NCBI GenBank assembly: GCA_043228905.1
Contig: JBHGNT010000010.1
Span: forward strand, 13,888,001 to 13,952,000
DNA length: 64,000 bases
Direction: 5' to 3'
Origin: Azolla caroliniana
Lineage: Eukaryota > Plantae > Polypodiophyta
The notes beneath the pieces are model-generated. The model was not told the DNA's origin and searched no databases. It worked only from the letters and a program-made list of their open reading frames with translations. Below are positions 12,901 to 25,890 of the stretch, piece after piece. Position numbers and translations under genes: made by a program. How positions within the stretch are numbered: the first letter of the stretch is position 1; every line of letters begins with the position of its first letter.

Positions 12901-14365
12901 TCACCTTCGAGGGAAATACCTTGATGACAGTTATTTCTCAAAATACTGGACGAAAGCCGAATCTGGTTTAGATGCCGATACTAGCACCCTACCCTCGAAG
13001 GCGACCTTTCACATTACAAACGGTTTGCTCTACCGTAGTGGAAAGGTCTGTGTTCCAGATTTACCAAATGTTAAACAGAAAATTTTTCATGAATGTCATG
13101 ATGCACCATCTGCTGGTCATCCTGGAATACAACGCACACTCGTTCTCATCTCGTGTACTTTTTTCTGGCCTAAGATGCGCTCTGACGTGCATAAATACGT
13201 AACTCAATGCTTACAATGTCAGATTAATAAGTCGGAAAGACTTAAAGGTGCTGGTCTTTTACATCCCTTAGATATTCCCAACAATAAATGGGAAAGTATC
13301 TCGATGGATTTTATTGTTAGTTTACCTCGTACACAGAGGGGTCATGATGCCATATGGGTTGTCGTTGACAGGCTAACAAAATTAGCTAGATTTATTCCTA
13401 CAAAAACCACGGTAACCGCTCAACAGTTGGCTTATCAATTTGTTGATGAGTTATTTCGTTTTTATGGATTACCGATGGATATTGTTAGTGATCGAGATTC
13501 CAAGTTTACTAGTGACTTTTGGACTCAGGTCTTTAAGAAACTAGAAACTACGTTGAGCATGAGTTCCGCAGATCATCCTCAGTCTGATGGACAAACTGAA
13601 CGAGTTAATCAAATTATTGAGGACATGCTTCGAGCTTATGTAGCAAAAACCCCTTCTAAGTGGGAGCAATACCTTCCTATCTTAGAATTTGCCTATAATA
13701 GCTCTAAACATACATCCACTGGATATAGTCCTTTTATGTTGATGTATGGTTTTCAGCCACGTGCCCCAGTTGATGTCACGATTCATCGTGATACATTAGA
13801 CAATACACGCAATTTTTTGCAAGACATGAACCAAATGTTGCATATTGCCAAAGAAAATGTCAAGACAACTCAAGATCGTGCTCGATTTTATGCTGATCAG
13901 GATAGACGTCCTCGTGCATTTACTATTGGTCAAAAAGTTTTTTTGCGTGTCCCGACTGATTCTACGTCATTATCTACGGGCAAGTGCGTTAAGTTAGCCC
14001 CACGATATTGTGGCCCATTTGAAATCCTTAAGCGAGTTGGGTCATCTGCTTATCACCTTGCCTTACCTCGTAACGTTGGTATTCATCCTGTTTTTCACGT
14101 CAGTCGTCTAAAACCTTTTTTAGGCTCTGGTGATAACACCATCACAATCCAAGATCTTGTAACATTAGAGGATTTTTCTTACAAACCTCATGTTCCTGAA
14201 CGAATTCTTGATTCTCGTACTAAACGTTTACGTTCTAAAGAGATTCGGCTATTCAAGATCAAATGGATGGATAAACCTATTGATGATGCCACATGGGAAC
14301 GCGAGCATTCGCTTAAGGCACAATTTCCTCACTTTATATTGCAAGAGTGCAATCTTTTGAAGTAG
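9961..14365 (+). CDS. Gag-Pol polyprotein of D (Gag, CCHC, protease, RT, RNase H, integrase, chromodomain) with one +1 frameshift near 10355
   Basis: [50 protein letters not shown] and chromodomain PERILDSR...KIKW...ATWE. ORFs 9961-10389 and 10409-14365 join if one A of the run near 10353-10359 is removed. Confidence 0.93.
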
Positions 14366-14848
14366 GGGAGTATGTTATGTACACATAACGTTGGTGAGGG
14401 TAGGTCACTAATATTTACATTAGTGAAGGGTATGTTCACTATTATTAAAAAGGGGACTAATGATTGGATAGAATGAATGATATGTGCATGCACTATCATG
14501 ATTTAGACAACCAATGAATAGAGAGCCTTTTAGAAAGGCACATCTATTCAAGGGGCCTAGGAAAAGGTATAAATATGAGGCTTAGCTACCCTCATAGGGA
14601 TCACGTCGGAAGGCTGCTGTCGTAGACACCGGTGGTGCGGGCTAGGCTTTCGTCTCGACGATCGTGTTTATCTCTTCCAAGGTATTAGTCATCCTAATAT
14701 CCGGCAGTATGGGACGTCGGTGGTAGGTTGGCTATGTCTAGATCATAGCTCGGGGGTGGTCGGGTGGAACGGGTTCTTCTATCCAATCTATTTTCTTCCT
14801 TTTTACTTGATTTGGTCTATTGATTAGTAATAGACTCTTAACAGACCG

Positions 14849-17800
14849 GCCGCCAGATGGCACTGGACGCAGGACCCTAGCACCATCACCACCTTTGCGG
14901 ACTTGAAAGCTAAATTCTTGCACTTCTTTTAGAAGGAGGTGGACCAGAGAGAAATGGTGGGCCTATTTTATACCATCCGGCAGGACCCTGAGGAGAGCAT
15001 TCCGCAGTTTGTCATCCAGTTTCAACGGATGCACAGTCAGCTTATCCGAACACCTCCGGAGGAAGAAACACGGGCTATATTCTTAGTCGCGCTCCGGGAA
15101 CCTCTACATACGGTATGCATGGTCATCGACTTTCGCACAAGTACCGTCGACCAGGTCATCGACTGGGTTAGAGAAATGGAGAAAAAAAGCTCTTGGCTAA
15201 CAATGGGAGCACTCCTATGAGCGTTATCAACCGATGAGGATCTCCGGTTTCAACAGGCCATTCAATGCACAACATGCATAAATGCCGGACACTCACCACT
15301 AGAATGTACCATGCGGTCGCAATGTCTACTGTGCCATTCCAGGAACCACACAATGGAGCAGTGCGAGTACAATTTGTTGAATCGCCAAGCACCACCGGCT
15401 CGGCAAATCGAACCACGGAGTACGAAGGAGGAGGAAGAAGAACGTTGGAGGCGAGAAGAGCGATACCGACCGGCACAGGATGTCCGGTACAGGGACAACT
15501 ATGACCGGTATGATAGATATGATCAGTACCGGGATTATAATGGATGGTACGAAAGATACAATCGGGACCAATCCCCCGGTTACAACCAATGACGGGAAGC
15601 CTACGGTAGACATAATGACCAGCCCCGTCAAGAGTATCGAAACAAAAAGAAACACCATTTCAAGAAAAGGGGTCACCTACGGGAACCGGAGAAGGGCGCC
15701 TCAAGCAGCCAACCGGATCAAAGCCCCGCCGTTACCACAGGTCCCCCACCGGGGCCAGGAAACAACGCCGAATCCAGCACTACCCGGAAAGCATATTGCT
15801 ACTATTGCCGAGAAGAAGGACATTATAGTAATCAATGCCCGGCAAAGAGCTATGATAAACGACCGACGGTGAACATGGTAGTCGCCGAAGTCGCAGACCT
15901 ACAACAGGTAACCACAAGATCGAAGGGTAAGGCGACGGAATGGGAGGTGTAAGAGGTCATCCGCAAGCAGGCAACGGAATGGGTAAAAAAGGCGAATGCG
16001 CGAAACATGGCAGAGGTTGCACAACAAAAGGAAAATACCGAAGGGCGCGCCGGCGGCAGTCAGCCCAAAAATGCAACATGGCAGGCATTGCAGGAATGCC
16101 AAATCACGCTGCCATTAGGACGGCTCCTGAGCTAGTGCCCAGATTCACAGAAGGACTCAAGACAGGCATGACGGTAGGAGAAACACCACCGGCTCCAACA
16201 TTCTTCTAAATCCGAAGGAGGAACCGACGGTAATAGACACAAACAGTTCGGCGATCACAACCATCGTGAAGGGAAAGGAGTTACCCGGAACAGTAATAGA
16301 TGGAGGATCCAGCGTCAATGTGATTAGCCTCTGAACGTGTAAAACCTTGGGAATCCAAGAGTGGGAACCATGCCCGTTCTGGCTACGGATGGCGGAAACA
16401 AGCTCAGTGCGATCGACCGGCTTGATACGAGATTTGGAAGTAACGATCGACGGCCACACATTTTGCATCTCTGCAGTAGTGCTACAACTACAGGCACAAG
16501 GAGCTTACCCACTATTGTTGGGGTGGTCGTGGTTGAAAACGACGCACATTAAACAAAACTGAAGGAAGAATATAAGCACCTTTCGGCGGGGAAAAGAAAA
16601 AGTACAGGTACCGACACAACCACGGATGGGTACTGGGAAGGAATTGACACCCCTATATGCCGAATGTGTCAATATGCTAGACGGATTAGCAGACGAAAAG
16701 GTAGATCAATACTTGCAGGATAATCCGAAGATCATACCTCTATTCGAAATCAACGTAGCCGAAGCCGTATCACCATACATACTGCCACCGGACGGAGCCG
16801 ACGAGGAACCAAATAAAGAAGTGATTCGGGAGCTACGGCAAGCACAAGAGGCGCTAGAAAGAGAAATGGTTGTATCGCAACGGATTAAAGCATCCCAACT
16901 AGAGGAGGTAAATCTAGGAACTACGGAAGAGGCGAGACCGGTGTACATTGCCAAGGAAATGACTCCGGAGAACAAAATGGCAATGATTACACTTCTCAAA
17001 GAATTTCGGGACGTATTTGCCTGGTCTTACGAGGATATGCGAGGGCTCGATCCTCAGCTATATCAGCATCAGATACATTTGATCAAAGACGTCAAACCGA
17101 TAGCACAACGGCAGTACCGAATGAATCCAAATTACGCCGCCAAAGTCAAGGAGGAAATCGACAAGTTGCTGAGGGTTGGCTTTATCCGCCCAGTAATGAA
17201 ATCTACATGGTTGAGCCCGATAGTAGTTGTACCAAAGAAAAACTGCAAAATTAGAGTTTGTGTCGACTACCGTAAGCTTAATGCGGTGACGGTAACAGAT
17301 GCATTCCCACTCCCATTTATGGATGGAGTTTTGGACGCAGTCGTTGGCCATGAGGTATACAGTTTCTTAGACGGATTCATCGGATACAACCAGATCCGGA
17401 TGCACCCCGATGACCAAGAGAAAATGGCTTTCGTCACCGAATGGGGAGTGTTTGTTGCCGTAGTAATGATGTTCGGACTAAAAACGGCGCCGGCAACGTT
17501 CTAGAGGATCATCATGGAAATATTCGGAGAATTCATACCGGCATTCATGTAGGTGTTTCTGGATGACTTCGTCGTCTATAGTCGAGGAGGAGATCACTTT
17601 CAGCACCTCCGAGTGTCTAGAGAAATGTCGGGCTTACCGGCTAAGCTTGAATCCGGAAAAATGTGTATTCAGAGTGTCAAGTGGGGCGCTATTAGGACAC
17701 ATTGTGAGCAAGGAAGGAATTGCCGTGGACCCGGACAAAGTAAAAGCAATCTTGGAGGCACCAACACCAACAACGGCCAAAGCATTAAGTCGTTTCTTAG

Positions 17801-19711
17801 GCCAAATCCGGTGGCATAACCGAATGCTCCGGTATGTGGCGGACCTAGCTACACCACTACATGTTGCAATACACCGAACACCGTTCCAATGGACCGACAC
17901 CGAAGACAAGGTGTACCGGGCACTCAAAGTACTATTGTCGCAAGCGCCGATAGTGCAACCCCCGGATTGGGCTAAGGAGTTTCATGTGTTCGTGGATGCG
18001 TCAGACATTGCAATCGGAAGTGCGTTGATGCAACTTACGGAGCCAAGGTGGTACCGGCCCGTATATTACGCAAGCCGAAAGTTATCCCAAGCCGAACGAA
18101 ATTATTCCACCACGGAAAGGTAAGCTTTGGGCATGATCTAGAACGTGACAAAATTCAAACATTATTTGCTGGGAAAGAAATTTTCCTTCCACGTAGATCA
18201 TTCGGCACTCCTCTATTTAGTTTCCAAAGCATCACTAACCAGTAAGTTGGCACGGTGGACGTTGTTGTTGCCGGATTTTGAGTTTGAAATATTCCACCGA
18301 CCTGGCATACAACACGCAGTAGCACACTATTTGAGCCGGTTAGATTCCGGCGAGAGTGGTGACGGAGTCCCGGACGAGTTTCCGGATGCTGAGCTATTTA
18401 GAGTCACCGCGGAAACGGCAACAGATGAAACGGTGGCACAAGAAGATAAGTGGCTAACGAATATGCAACAATTTCTGAGCACCGGATTGTCTCCGGAGGA
18501 GATGAACCGGGACGAGAGGAAATGCCTAGCGGTACAAAGCCGACACTTTTGTTTATTACGGGACACGCTATACCACAAAGGCGCGGACAGTATATGGCGA
18601 TGGGCGGTGCGTAGCGACGAGAAGGATATAATACTACAAGAAGCACATTGCGGAGTCGCCGGAGGCCATTACGCCGGAGATGCTATGGCAGATTGGCCTA
18701 TGGTGGCCGACAACATTGAAAGACGCGGTCCGGTACGCCAAAGAATGCGATCTATGTCAGCGAATGGGCCAGTCAACCGAACAAGCTAGGATGTCGCACC
18801 AGCCGGTACTGCCGTTAGAACCATTTCAGAAATGGGGGCTGGATTTTGTGGGTCCATTCAAACCACCGGCAATGAGAACCGGCAACCGGTATGTGATCGT
18901 AGCTACGGATTACTGCACGAAATGGGTAGAAGCCAAAGCCTTGCGCGATAACACCGCGGCGTTGACGGTGTAATTCTTGTATGAATACATCTGGTGCAGG
19001 TATGGATGCCCGATCGAGCTAATAAGTGACCAAGGAGGACACTTCCTCGGACAAGTGGTGGAAAGCTTGACGTCGTTCTATGTCGTGGTGCATAAACGGA
19101 GCACGCCATACTATCCGCAAGCAAATGGGTTACCCGAGTCGACGAACAAAATGCTACATAATATCCTTCGGAAAATCGTAAACGAAAACCGGATAGACTG
19201 GGATATGAAGTTGCACAGCGCACTCTCGGCTTATCGGACAACCTACAAAACAAGCATCCAAACCACACCGTTCCGGCTAGCATTCAGATTGGAGGCCGTC
19301 ATGCTGGTAGAGTTCCAGGTCCCGAGCTTACGGATTCAGATTAGGGAAAGGTTAAACGAGAAGGAATCAGAGGCAATTCGGTTAGCAACTCTGTGTGAAC
19401 TAGAAGAACACCGACTAGCGAGTATCATGCACCTGGAACTAGAGCAGCGGCGAAGAAAGGCGTTTGTGGATCGCCATCGAAAAGGAAATGAAAAGATGTT
19501 TGGAATCGGCAAGCCGGTACTAGTGTTCCAGACCCGGATGGGAAAGATGTCGGGGAAACTACGGTTTCGGTGGACCGGACCATACTGGATCACACGCGAG
19601 TTCAATGGATCCTACCAGTTAGGGACACTCGCCGACGAGGTTCTGGGTAAGTGGGTCAACGGGTTTCGACTAAAGCTGTACGAAGGACCCATGGCCAAGA
19701 ACCCATTTTAA
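14849..19711 (+). pseudogene. Remainder of degenerate gag-pol of B
   Basis: Protease VIDGGS, RT (VCVDYRKLN, FLDD), RNase H and integrase fragments with stops and frameshifts. Confidence 0.92.
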
Positions 19712-20283
19712 CAAAAAGCCAACACCAAAGTAGATGCCGACAAGCCGACCGATACAGCAACTTGGGTTGAAAACGGCAGCCACAAAGCCGGTAAGGAGGA
19801 GCACGAAACGGCAACCGGGGAGAACAAAATGACGGCAAACAGTCAAGAGGCCGGCAGGGTGCATGCTCCGGTTAAGAATCCGGTAGGACTAGAGACAAAT
19901 TAACCTAACAATTAATTGATTAAAAAAAAAAAAATCATGCAAAGAAATCATGCAAAGGAGTGGTGCGAACGGGCATCCAAGCGAGGAGTAAAGAGGCACT
20001 TCGAAAAGGTACGAGGGGGCTATGAATAGGGCATTAAACCACCGCCATATGGCACGTAATGCTATTATAGTACACGACCTGCACATGCATAGGCTCGAAA
20101 AAGGCGCCAAGATGCAGAGAGAACCCCCCCCGCATCGAGACCTTCTTCTTTCGCGAACCAAGGAGCACAAACGCACACAAGCGCTTGAAGATCATCAGAA
20201 GAGAGCCCACACACAGAGAGCCTCCTCACACAGAGCTTCCTCATACACAGCCCTCACCAACGCTGTCCGACCTCGACGCAGAC

Positions 20284-23079
20284 ATGGACTACCAGACTCT
20301 CTCTGAGGCCGCCAAGAAATGTCTACGACAACACGGATTGGAGGGGTTCCTCACAATCATGGACGCACCACCACACAGAGAAGCTGACAAGATCATCAAA
20401 GAAATTGACACCGAGCTGATCACGGAGGAAGCAATCCGTGCACTCACAGGCCTTTCAGAGGGGCGCATCTTTACTATTGACAACCCTACCTCCAAACGGC
20501 TCATCAAATACTTCGGCGAGTATTCTCTGGCCAGCAAGGGCTACAGGACACAGGGCGGAGAAGATATGTTATTCCGAGAAATTGCCCATGTACTCCATGA
20601 GTTTGGCCACGTATACCCTCGACCCCCCGTTATGGCTTAGAACCGAGCATGCTTGATCATCGCAACATACAAAGGGGTCAAGGTGGATTGGCCGGTGCTG
20701 ATCGCCGACGGATTGTGTACAGCTATTGACACCGTAAGAGGTAAGGAAGCCAAAGAAGGCCGGAAAATATGGCATGCGGTGGCGCAATGGCTCACCCTAT
20801 TGGCACCACTTGTCGAGCCCGTCCAGACCAAGAAGCTGGGAAGAGTAACGAACGGCACCCCGAAAGCTGCTTCAAAACAACAGCAGTTGTTGGCCACCAA
20901 GACCACTAAGGGGAAGACAGTTGACACGGAGCAGGCGGCGAAGGAGCGCGCCATCCGGAAGCAGCCGATGGACACGCAGGAGGAGACACCGGCACGGCCT
21001 CTAAAGAGCACACTCCGCCGACCGGTGCAGCAAGAAACGGACACCCTAGCAGCAAGAATGAACGTCGGGACTCAGGAGGAGGAAACGGAGGAAGAACCTA
21101 CGGAGCATCTCCAGCGGCGCCCGACGACGAGCACCGCAAAATCAGTCGGGAAGCGTTCGGACCCATAGAAGGATGGAATGCCTTTACCCTACACTGAGAA
21201 TCCCACGCCAAGAGAGGAACCGGTCTCAGAAGCCCCTGCACAATAGGCAATACCGGCGGGTCAGGAAACGGAAAGCCCTGAAACGCAAGTGCCGGTAAGG
21301 CATGTGCCACCTTCCTCAGTCGGCCAAGAACAAGCAGAACAAGAGCGGCTAGCCGAAACACAACCGGAACCTGAACGGCAAAGTGGTCAGCAGGCAGAGC
21401 CGGAATTGCAGCTCGATGCAGTTAGGCAGGACCGGCCACCGGCAAGTGAACCCATTAGCCAACCCTCCGTGCAAACGCAACAACAGGGCACCAACAGCCA
21501 ATGGCTCTAGTGGATAGGAGAGTAGGTTGCCGGAGTGATACTGTATGTAGAGGCGGAAGAACGAGCGCAAATGGAACGGTTGCTAGTCACAACCGATGAA
21601 CTAGAGATGGCCCGATCAAGGATCCGGTGCCTTGAACAAGACTTGGATCGGGTCACAGAAGACATGGCCAAAATGGCCTTAACCGCAACACAGATCCAAG
21701 CACCGGTGACTCCGGTGGATGTACAAAATAAAGAAACAACCACGCCTATACATACGAATAAGACCCCGGAGACAGAAACCGTCAAGGAGAAAGATGTGGC
21801 GCAAGCCCAAGAGCTTGCCGAATTAAGGGACGAACTTGCCGCACAAGAAGCACTACGGAGCCGTGAACGAGATTTGAAGAAAGCGGGAGAAGAGGAGTTA
21901 AAGAAGACTGTTGAAAACCTCCGCCGGGCAGAAGAAAATCTGCGGAAAGGGCATCAAGCTTACGACCGGCTAAAGAAGGAAAAAGTAAAATTGTTGGAGG
22001 AGAAGGACAAGCTGCGACGGATGGCGGAAACGGAAATCGAAAGGCTGAAAGAAGAACTCCGTCAGCAAAAGGACCGGGAAGACCGCGCTCGCCGACAAAT
22101 CAACTAGAGGCTGAACCAGAAGATAGAGGACTTCGACCACCTGCATCAGAACTTTAAGAGCTTGGACACGGAGCATAAGCAACAGCAGGAAAGGATGGGC
22201 GAGCTCCGATAGGAAGTTGATAGGGCCACGACGGCACTCGCCGACGAACGGGCTGAGAATACAAAGCTGTTGGAGGAAGCGGCGAGGGACCGGATGGAGC
22301 TCCACAAACAGCACCATGAAGAAAAGGAGAGGGCGACAATGGTGTTACAGAAGTTGCAAACAACCTATCAAAGTCAATTGTCGCATTATAGGCAGCAGGA
22401 GGCGGACACGGTCAGAATCATCAAGCAATTGAAAGAGGAGCGACAAGCCGCGGAAAACAAATCACAAATGGGAATGGAACGGATCCATTGCATCTTTCGG
22501 GCATGGCTAAACAAGACCAAACGCTTGATTGACAAGAGCTCCGTGCGATGGTGGATGAAATGGGCGTAGAATTCGGCTGAACTCCAGTTGCTCAGGGCGG
22601 ACGCGGGAAACCGGCGGAAGGAAGGTGACGACTGTTACATGCTCACATCGGAGGACTTCACCGCCATAAAGGATGAGCTGGCAGAAGATTTCACAGCTCT
22701 GGCGGATGAGCAATTGGTGCAGCTCTAGCAACTCATAGCTCAATTGGACGACGATCGGATGGATGCTCAAATCCAGTTTGAGAGCTATGAGCGGTCCCGG
22801 CTTAGGGAAGAAAAAGCAAGGCAGGCGGCAACGGTCAACCGCAATGATGAGGAAACGTCGCCGGTACAAGGACCAGACGGGGACCAGGCCGGGGCAAGTA
22901 AACCAGAGAAAACTCCAACGGAGGAAACAACGAAGGAAATGCCGGTGCCAGAGCAACAATTGGAGTCACAACCGGAGTCGCAACAGCCACCGCAACAACC
23001 ACAACAGCAACAACAGATTCCCGTCGAGCCACTGGAGACCCAGGAGCAAAGCATCCTGGATATCTTGGACGAAGACTAA
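20284..23079 (+). pseudogene. Additional sense 3' ORF of B (~900 aa when stops are read through; conserved N-terminal domain, long coiled coil, Gln-rich tail)
   Basis: Consecutive ORFs 20185-20640, 20653-21168, 21289-21510, 21535-22107, 22270-22569 and 22744-23079 share one frame, separated by stops (mostly TAG). Homologous to 49824-52733 in A. Confidence 0.8.
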
Positions 23080-23131
23080 GGGGCCGGTGTGGGATTCGAC
23101 GTACAAGGTACTGTCCCACAGGCGTGCCATG

Positions 23132-23587
23132 TGTTACCCGGCCGGCAAAGGAGCTAAGGACGACAAGACCAGGGTGTGAAAAGGGGAATTGTTATTTTGG
23201 AATATGTTGTAATTACTAGTCTTAATATATTAATATATGAGAAGATGTGGATGGACAGACCGGAATCAGTATGATGATCCGGATCCGAACCGATCCCGAA
23301 TAGCTGTCGGTTGACACCGTTTTGTACTTCGCACTGGTGACCTATATAAAGGCCCGATTACAATGTAGTCATCAACGGAGAGTAATATAAACCTTTTGTT
23401 TAATCATTGAGTATTGTTCACCGTTCTGTGCTTATTGTATATCTTACGTGTGTTAATGACGTATTGCTAAGTAACCGATTAAGGTCCAATTAAGCGTTGT
23501 GTCGTAAGTTATCTCGCCGTAACACCCTTTGGTGAAGTGTCTTAAGTGGACACCCTGTGTTAGGCTGTTTTCCGGACCTAACGATTT
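23132..23587 (+). repeat. 3' LTR of element B (last bases degraded)
   Basis: Matches 6555-~7000. Confidence 0.85.
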
Positions 23588-24278
23588 CGTGGCGGATTTG
23601 TCTTGCCGGCCTCTGACGCTGCCTTGACTCCCCCTGCTTGTGGAAGTCCAAAAATTGTTGTCGGCACGTTCTCTGTGCCTTCTTCCGTGTACAGCATCTG
23701 GCTGTCCGATTGAGTGGTCCTGGACCCACTCGCGTGGTTTTCTTCGACCATCAGCATCAATTGCAAGTCGAAGAAGGTTGGTGGTTTCTCCCGGGTGTAG
23801 ATCGTTGTCTGGATTGGACCGTACCTTTGCGCTAGACCACCAAGGCAGATTTGTACCATTTCCTCTTCCTCCATCGTCACGTTGATGGACCTGAGCGCAT
23901 CGCAAATCTCCTTTATTTTGGTGGTTTAGTTCGTAACTGACGTATCTCTTGTCGGAGCTGCATCTTACGGGATGTGGTACTTGTAGCGAAAATCTTACGC
24001 AGATTTTCCCAGGCCTCCTTTGGTGTCTTTGCATCCCTAATGTAGTCGAGCATCTGCTCGTGCACACAAGACACGAGGGAGTATAATACTCAGCTCGTTG
24101 CTTGCTCCCATACCGAGAAGTCCTTGTGTCCAGGCTCTGGTGCTACCTCATTCGTTCCTTCCACGAAACTCCAATACCCATGCCCCAGTAGGTACTGGTG
24201 CATTTTGTAAGACCAGGACGTGTAGTTGTTGTGGTCAAGCTTCTCTGTAGGAAGTGAACTCACCATACCTCTGTCCAT
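23588..24278 (-). pseudogene. gag of Copia C1
   Basis: MDRGMVSSLPTEKLDHNNYTSWSYKM and EMVQICLGGL are homologous to E gag. It continues at 6554-~6288 (YVDSGVSNHM protease). Confidence 0.85.
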
Positions 24279-24400
24279 ATTTTATTTTTTTATTTTTATT
24301 TTTTTCTTTGTCTACTGTTCTATTCTCACAACTTATAGGGTTTGTCTTGCGAAAGCAAATGTCAGCTGCAGAGGTCTTCAACCCTCGCGCTCTGATACCA

Positions 24401-24718
24401 TGTGGAAGCATATGTGTGGAAGCGTAAGACAACAGCTTTACTGCATAGCAGTAGAGAGAGAGAAATACACAGAATACAGAGGATACTCGGGAGAGATAGA
24501 GAGAGCAGAACAAGAATCTCGATTCAAAAATTATATCAACACTTTGTGTATACAACGTGCTCAACAACACTATTTATACAAGTCTTGAGAGGACTGACAG
24601 AAGTATCGCGTACTTCAATGCTTGCTCGAGCGTCTGGCACTGACTACGAGACTATTAACTCCCTAGTAGTCTAGCTGCTATTAGGCTTCCGTTTACTGAT
24701 AGATCTAGCTAACTGGCT
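24401..24718 (-). repeat. 5' LTR of C1 (part 1; remainder 49189-49274)
   Basis: Homologous to 5671-~6015 and preceded by the PBS complement. Confidence 0.88.
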
Positions 24719-24733
24719 TGTAAAAGAATACAT

Positions 24734-25890
24734 TGTCATGAAGATCTGTCACTACGCACGGATCGTGAGGCGGAACCGTCGGGGTTCTGGACCGGAAGGA
24801 CTCGAAGTTTGCACAAGCTTTAGCGAGAAAGGATTTAAGATAGATTGAAAGAGAGAGAGATTGAGATAAGATAGAACGCTTGATTTTAGATTGAGAGAGA
24901 GATTAAGATTGAACTCTTGACTTTAGATTTGAAGAAGAAGGTATATCATCAAAAGGATAACGAATTTTCTTTTTAATATTAATTTTGATATAAAGTACAA
25001 AGCTCTTGATAAGAATTTTTATATTACGTCACCCCTTTGATCTTTTTCATCCCCTCTTTTATAGATGCCCTCATGCATTTGAGAGTTCAAGACATGCATA
25101 AAATGCATGTTTGCCATTTGGCGCTCATGTATTACATGTGGTGCATGATAACCACGTCACTCATTTTAGCTCTCATGTAATTTACATGTAAAGTTTCAAT
25201 GATAAAAATATAATTTTAAGAAAATGTCTTGGCTTAGCGGTAAGCCTATAGACTCTCAACTTGGAGGTGCAAGGTTCAAATCTACACTTGCACACCTTGT
25301 GTATATATATATGTGTATATATTTATTTATTTATTTATTTATATATGTGTTATCGGTTGCCGGATGCCGGATTCCGATTCTGTCGCCGGTTATCGGATGC
25401 CGGATGCTGGTTACGGTTCAGTCTCTGGGTCCCAATTACATTGCCAGATGCTGGTTACATTGCTTGATGCTGGTTACGTTGCCGGTCTAGTTTAGGTTGG
25501 GCAAAACCTTTGCAAGTAGCCAAGCCACACCCAATGGCTTAGTTCAAGTCACCTTGAACTCTCTATGCTCCACACATAGACACAAAGATAATAGCTTTTG
25601 CTCTACCTTATATATGGTGAGATCCTTTTTTCCTGTCTATGTGGGATATCTCAGAGTTTTATTTTTCTCTTCTTCCTTCTCATACTTCACTCCCACATAA
25701 GTTGTCACTTAGATGTCCGTTTTTTATGTGGTAAAGCACATTTGAAAGCTCTTGAAGACCTCCATCTTTTTGTACTAAGATATTAAACATATTTAAATTA
25801 CTATCTTCACGATTATTGTTTTATATGAATCACACTCGATTTCGTACGTTTTATTTGATTTTCACACCATTGCCGAAAATCTTCATGACA
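24734..25890. mobile_element. Probable solo LTR (1157 bp) with 12-bp terminal inverted repeat
   Basis: Ends TGTCATGAAGAT...ATCTTCATGACA. Flanks ACAT/ACGT (apparent 4-bp TSD) restore the C2 LTR sequence AATACGTT. Confidence 0.75.
25224..25345 (+). ncRNA. tRNA-like/SINE-like segment (Pol III A and B boxes) with AT-rich tail
   Basis: A box TGGCTTAGCGG at 25230-25240, B box GGTTCAAATC at 25273-25282, followed by (TA)n/(TTTA)n. Confidence 0.5.

Larger units (their letters stand above)
7735..14843 (+). mobile_element. Young, near-intact chromovirus (Gypsy) LTR retrotransposon D
   Basis: 471-bp LTRs at 7735-8205 and 14373-14843 differ at 3 positions that I could see. TSD GACCG (7730-7734 / 14844-14848). 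PBS TGGTATCAGAGC at 8207. PPT GAAGTAGGGGAG before 14373. Confidence 0.97.
6555..23587 (+). mobile_element. Gypsy LTR retrotransposon B (same family as A), inserted in C1 gag; 3' terminus eroded
   Basis: 5' LTR 6555-7005 (TGTTAC...TAACA) and 3' LTR 23132-~23587. gag-pol is homologous to A. Right-hand TSD not found. Confidence 0.9.

Noticed and set aside
23082-23165. HDV-like ribozyme (GGCCGG...CCGGCC-GG...GCTAA)
   Set aside because: P2, P3 and L3 cannot be built in the required order, and the A copy lacks the GG and CTAA elements. Kept only as a hairpin.
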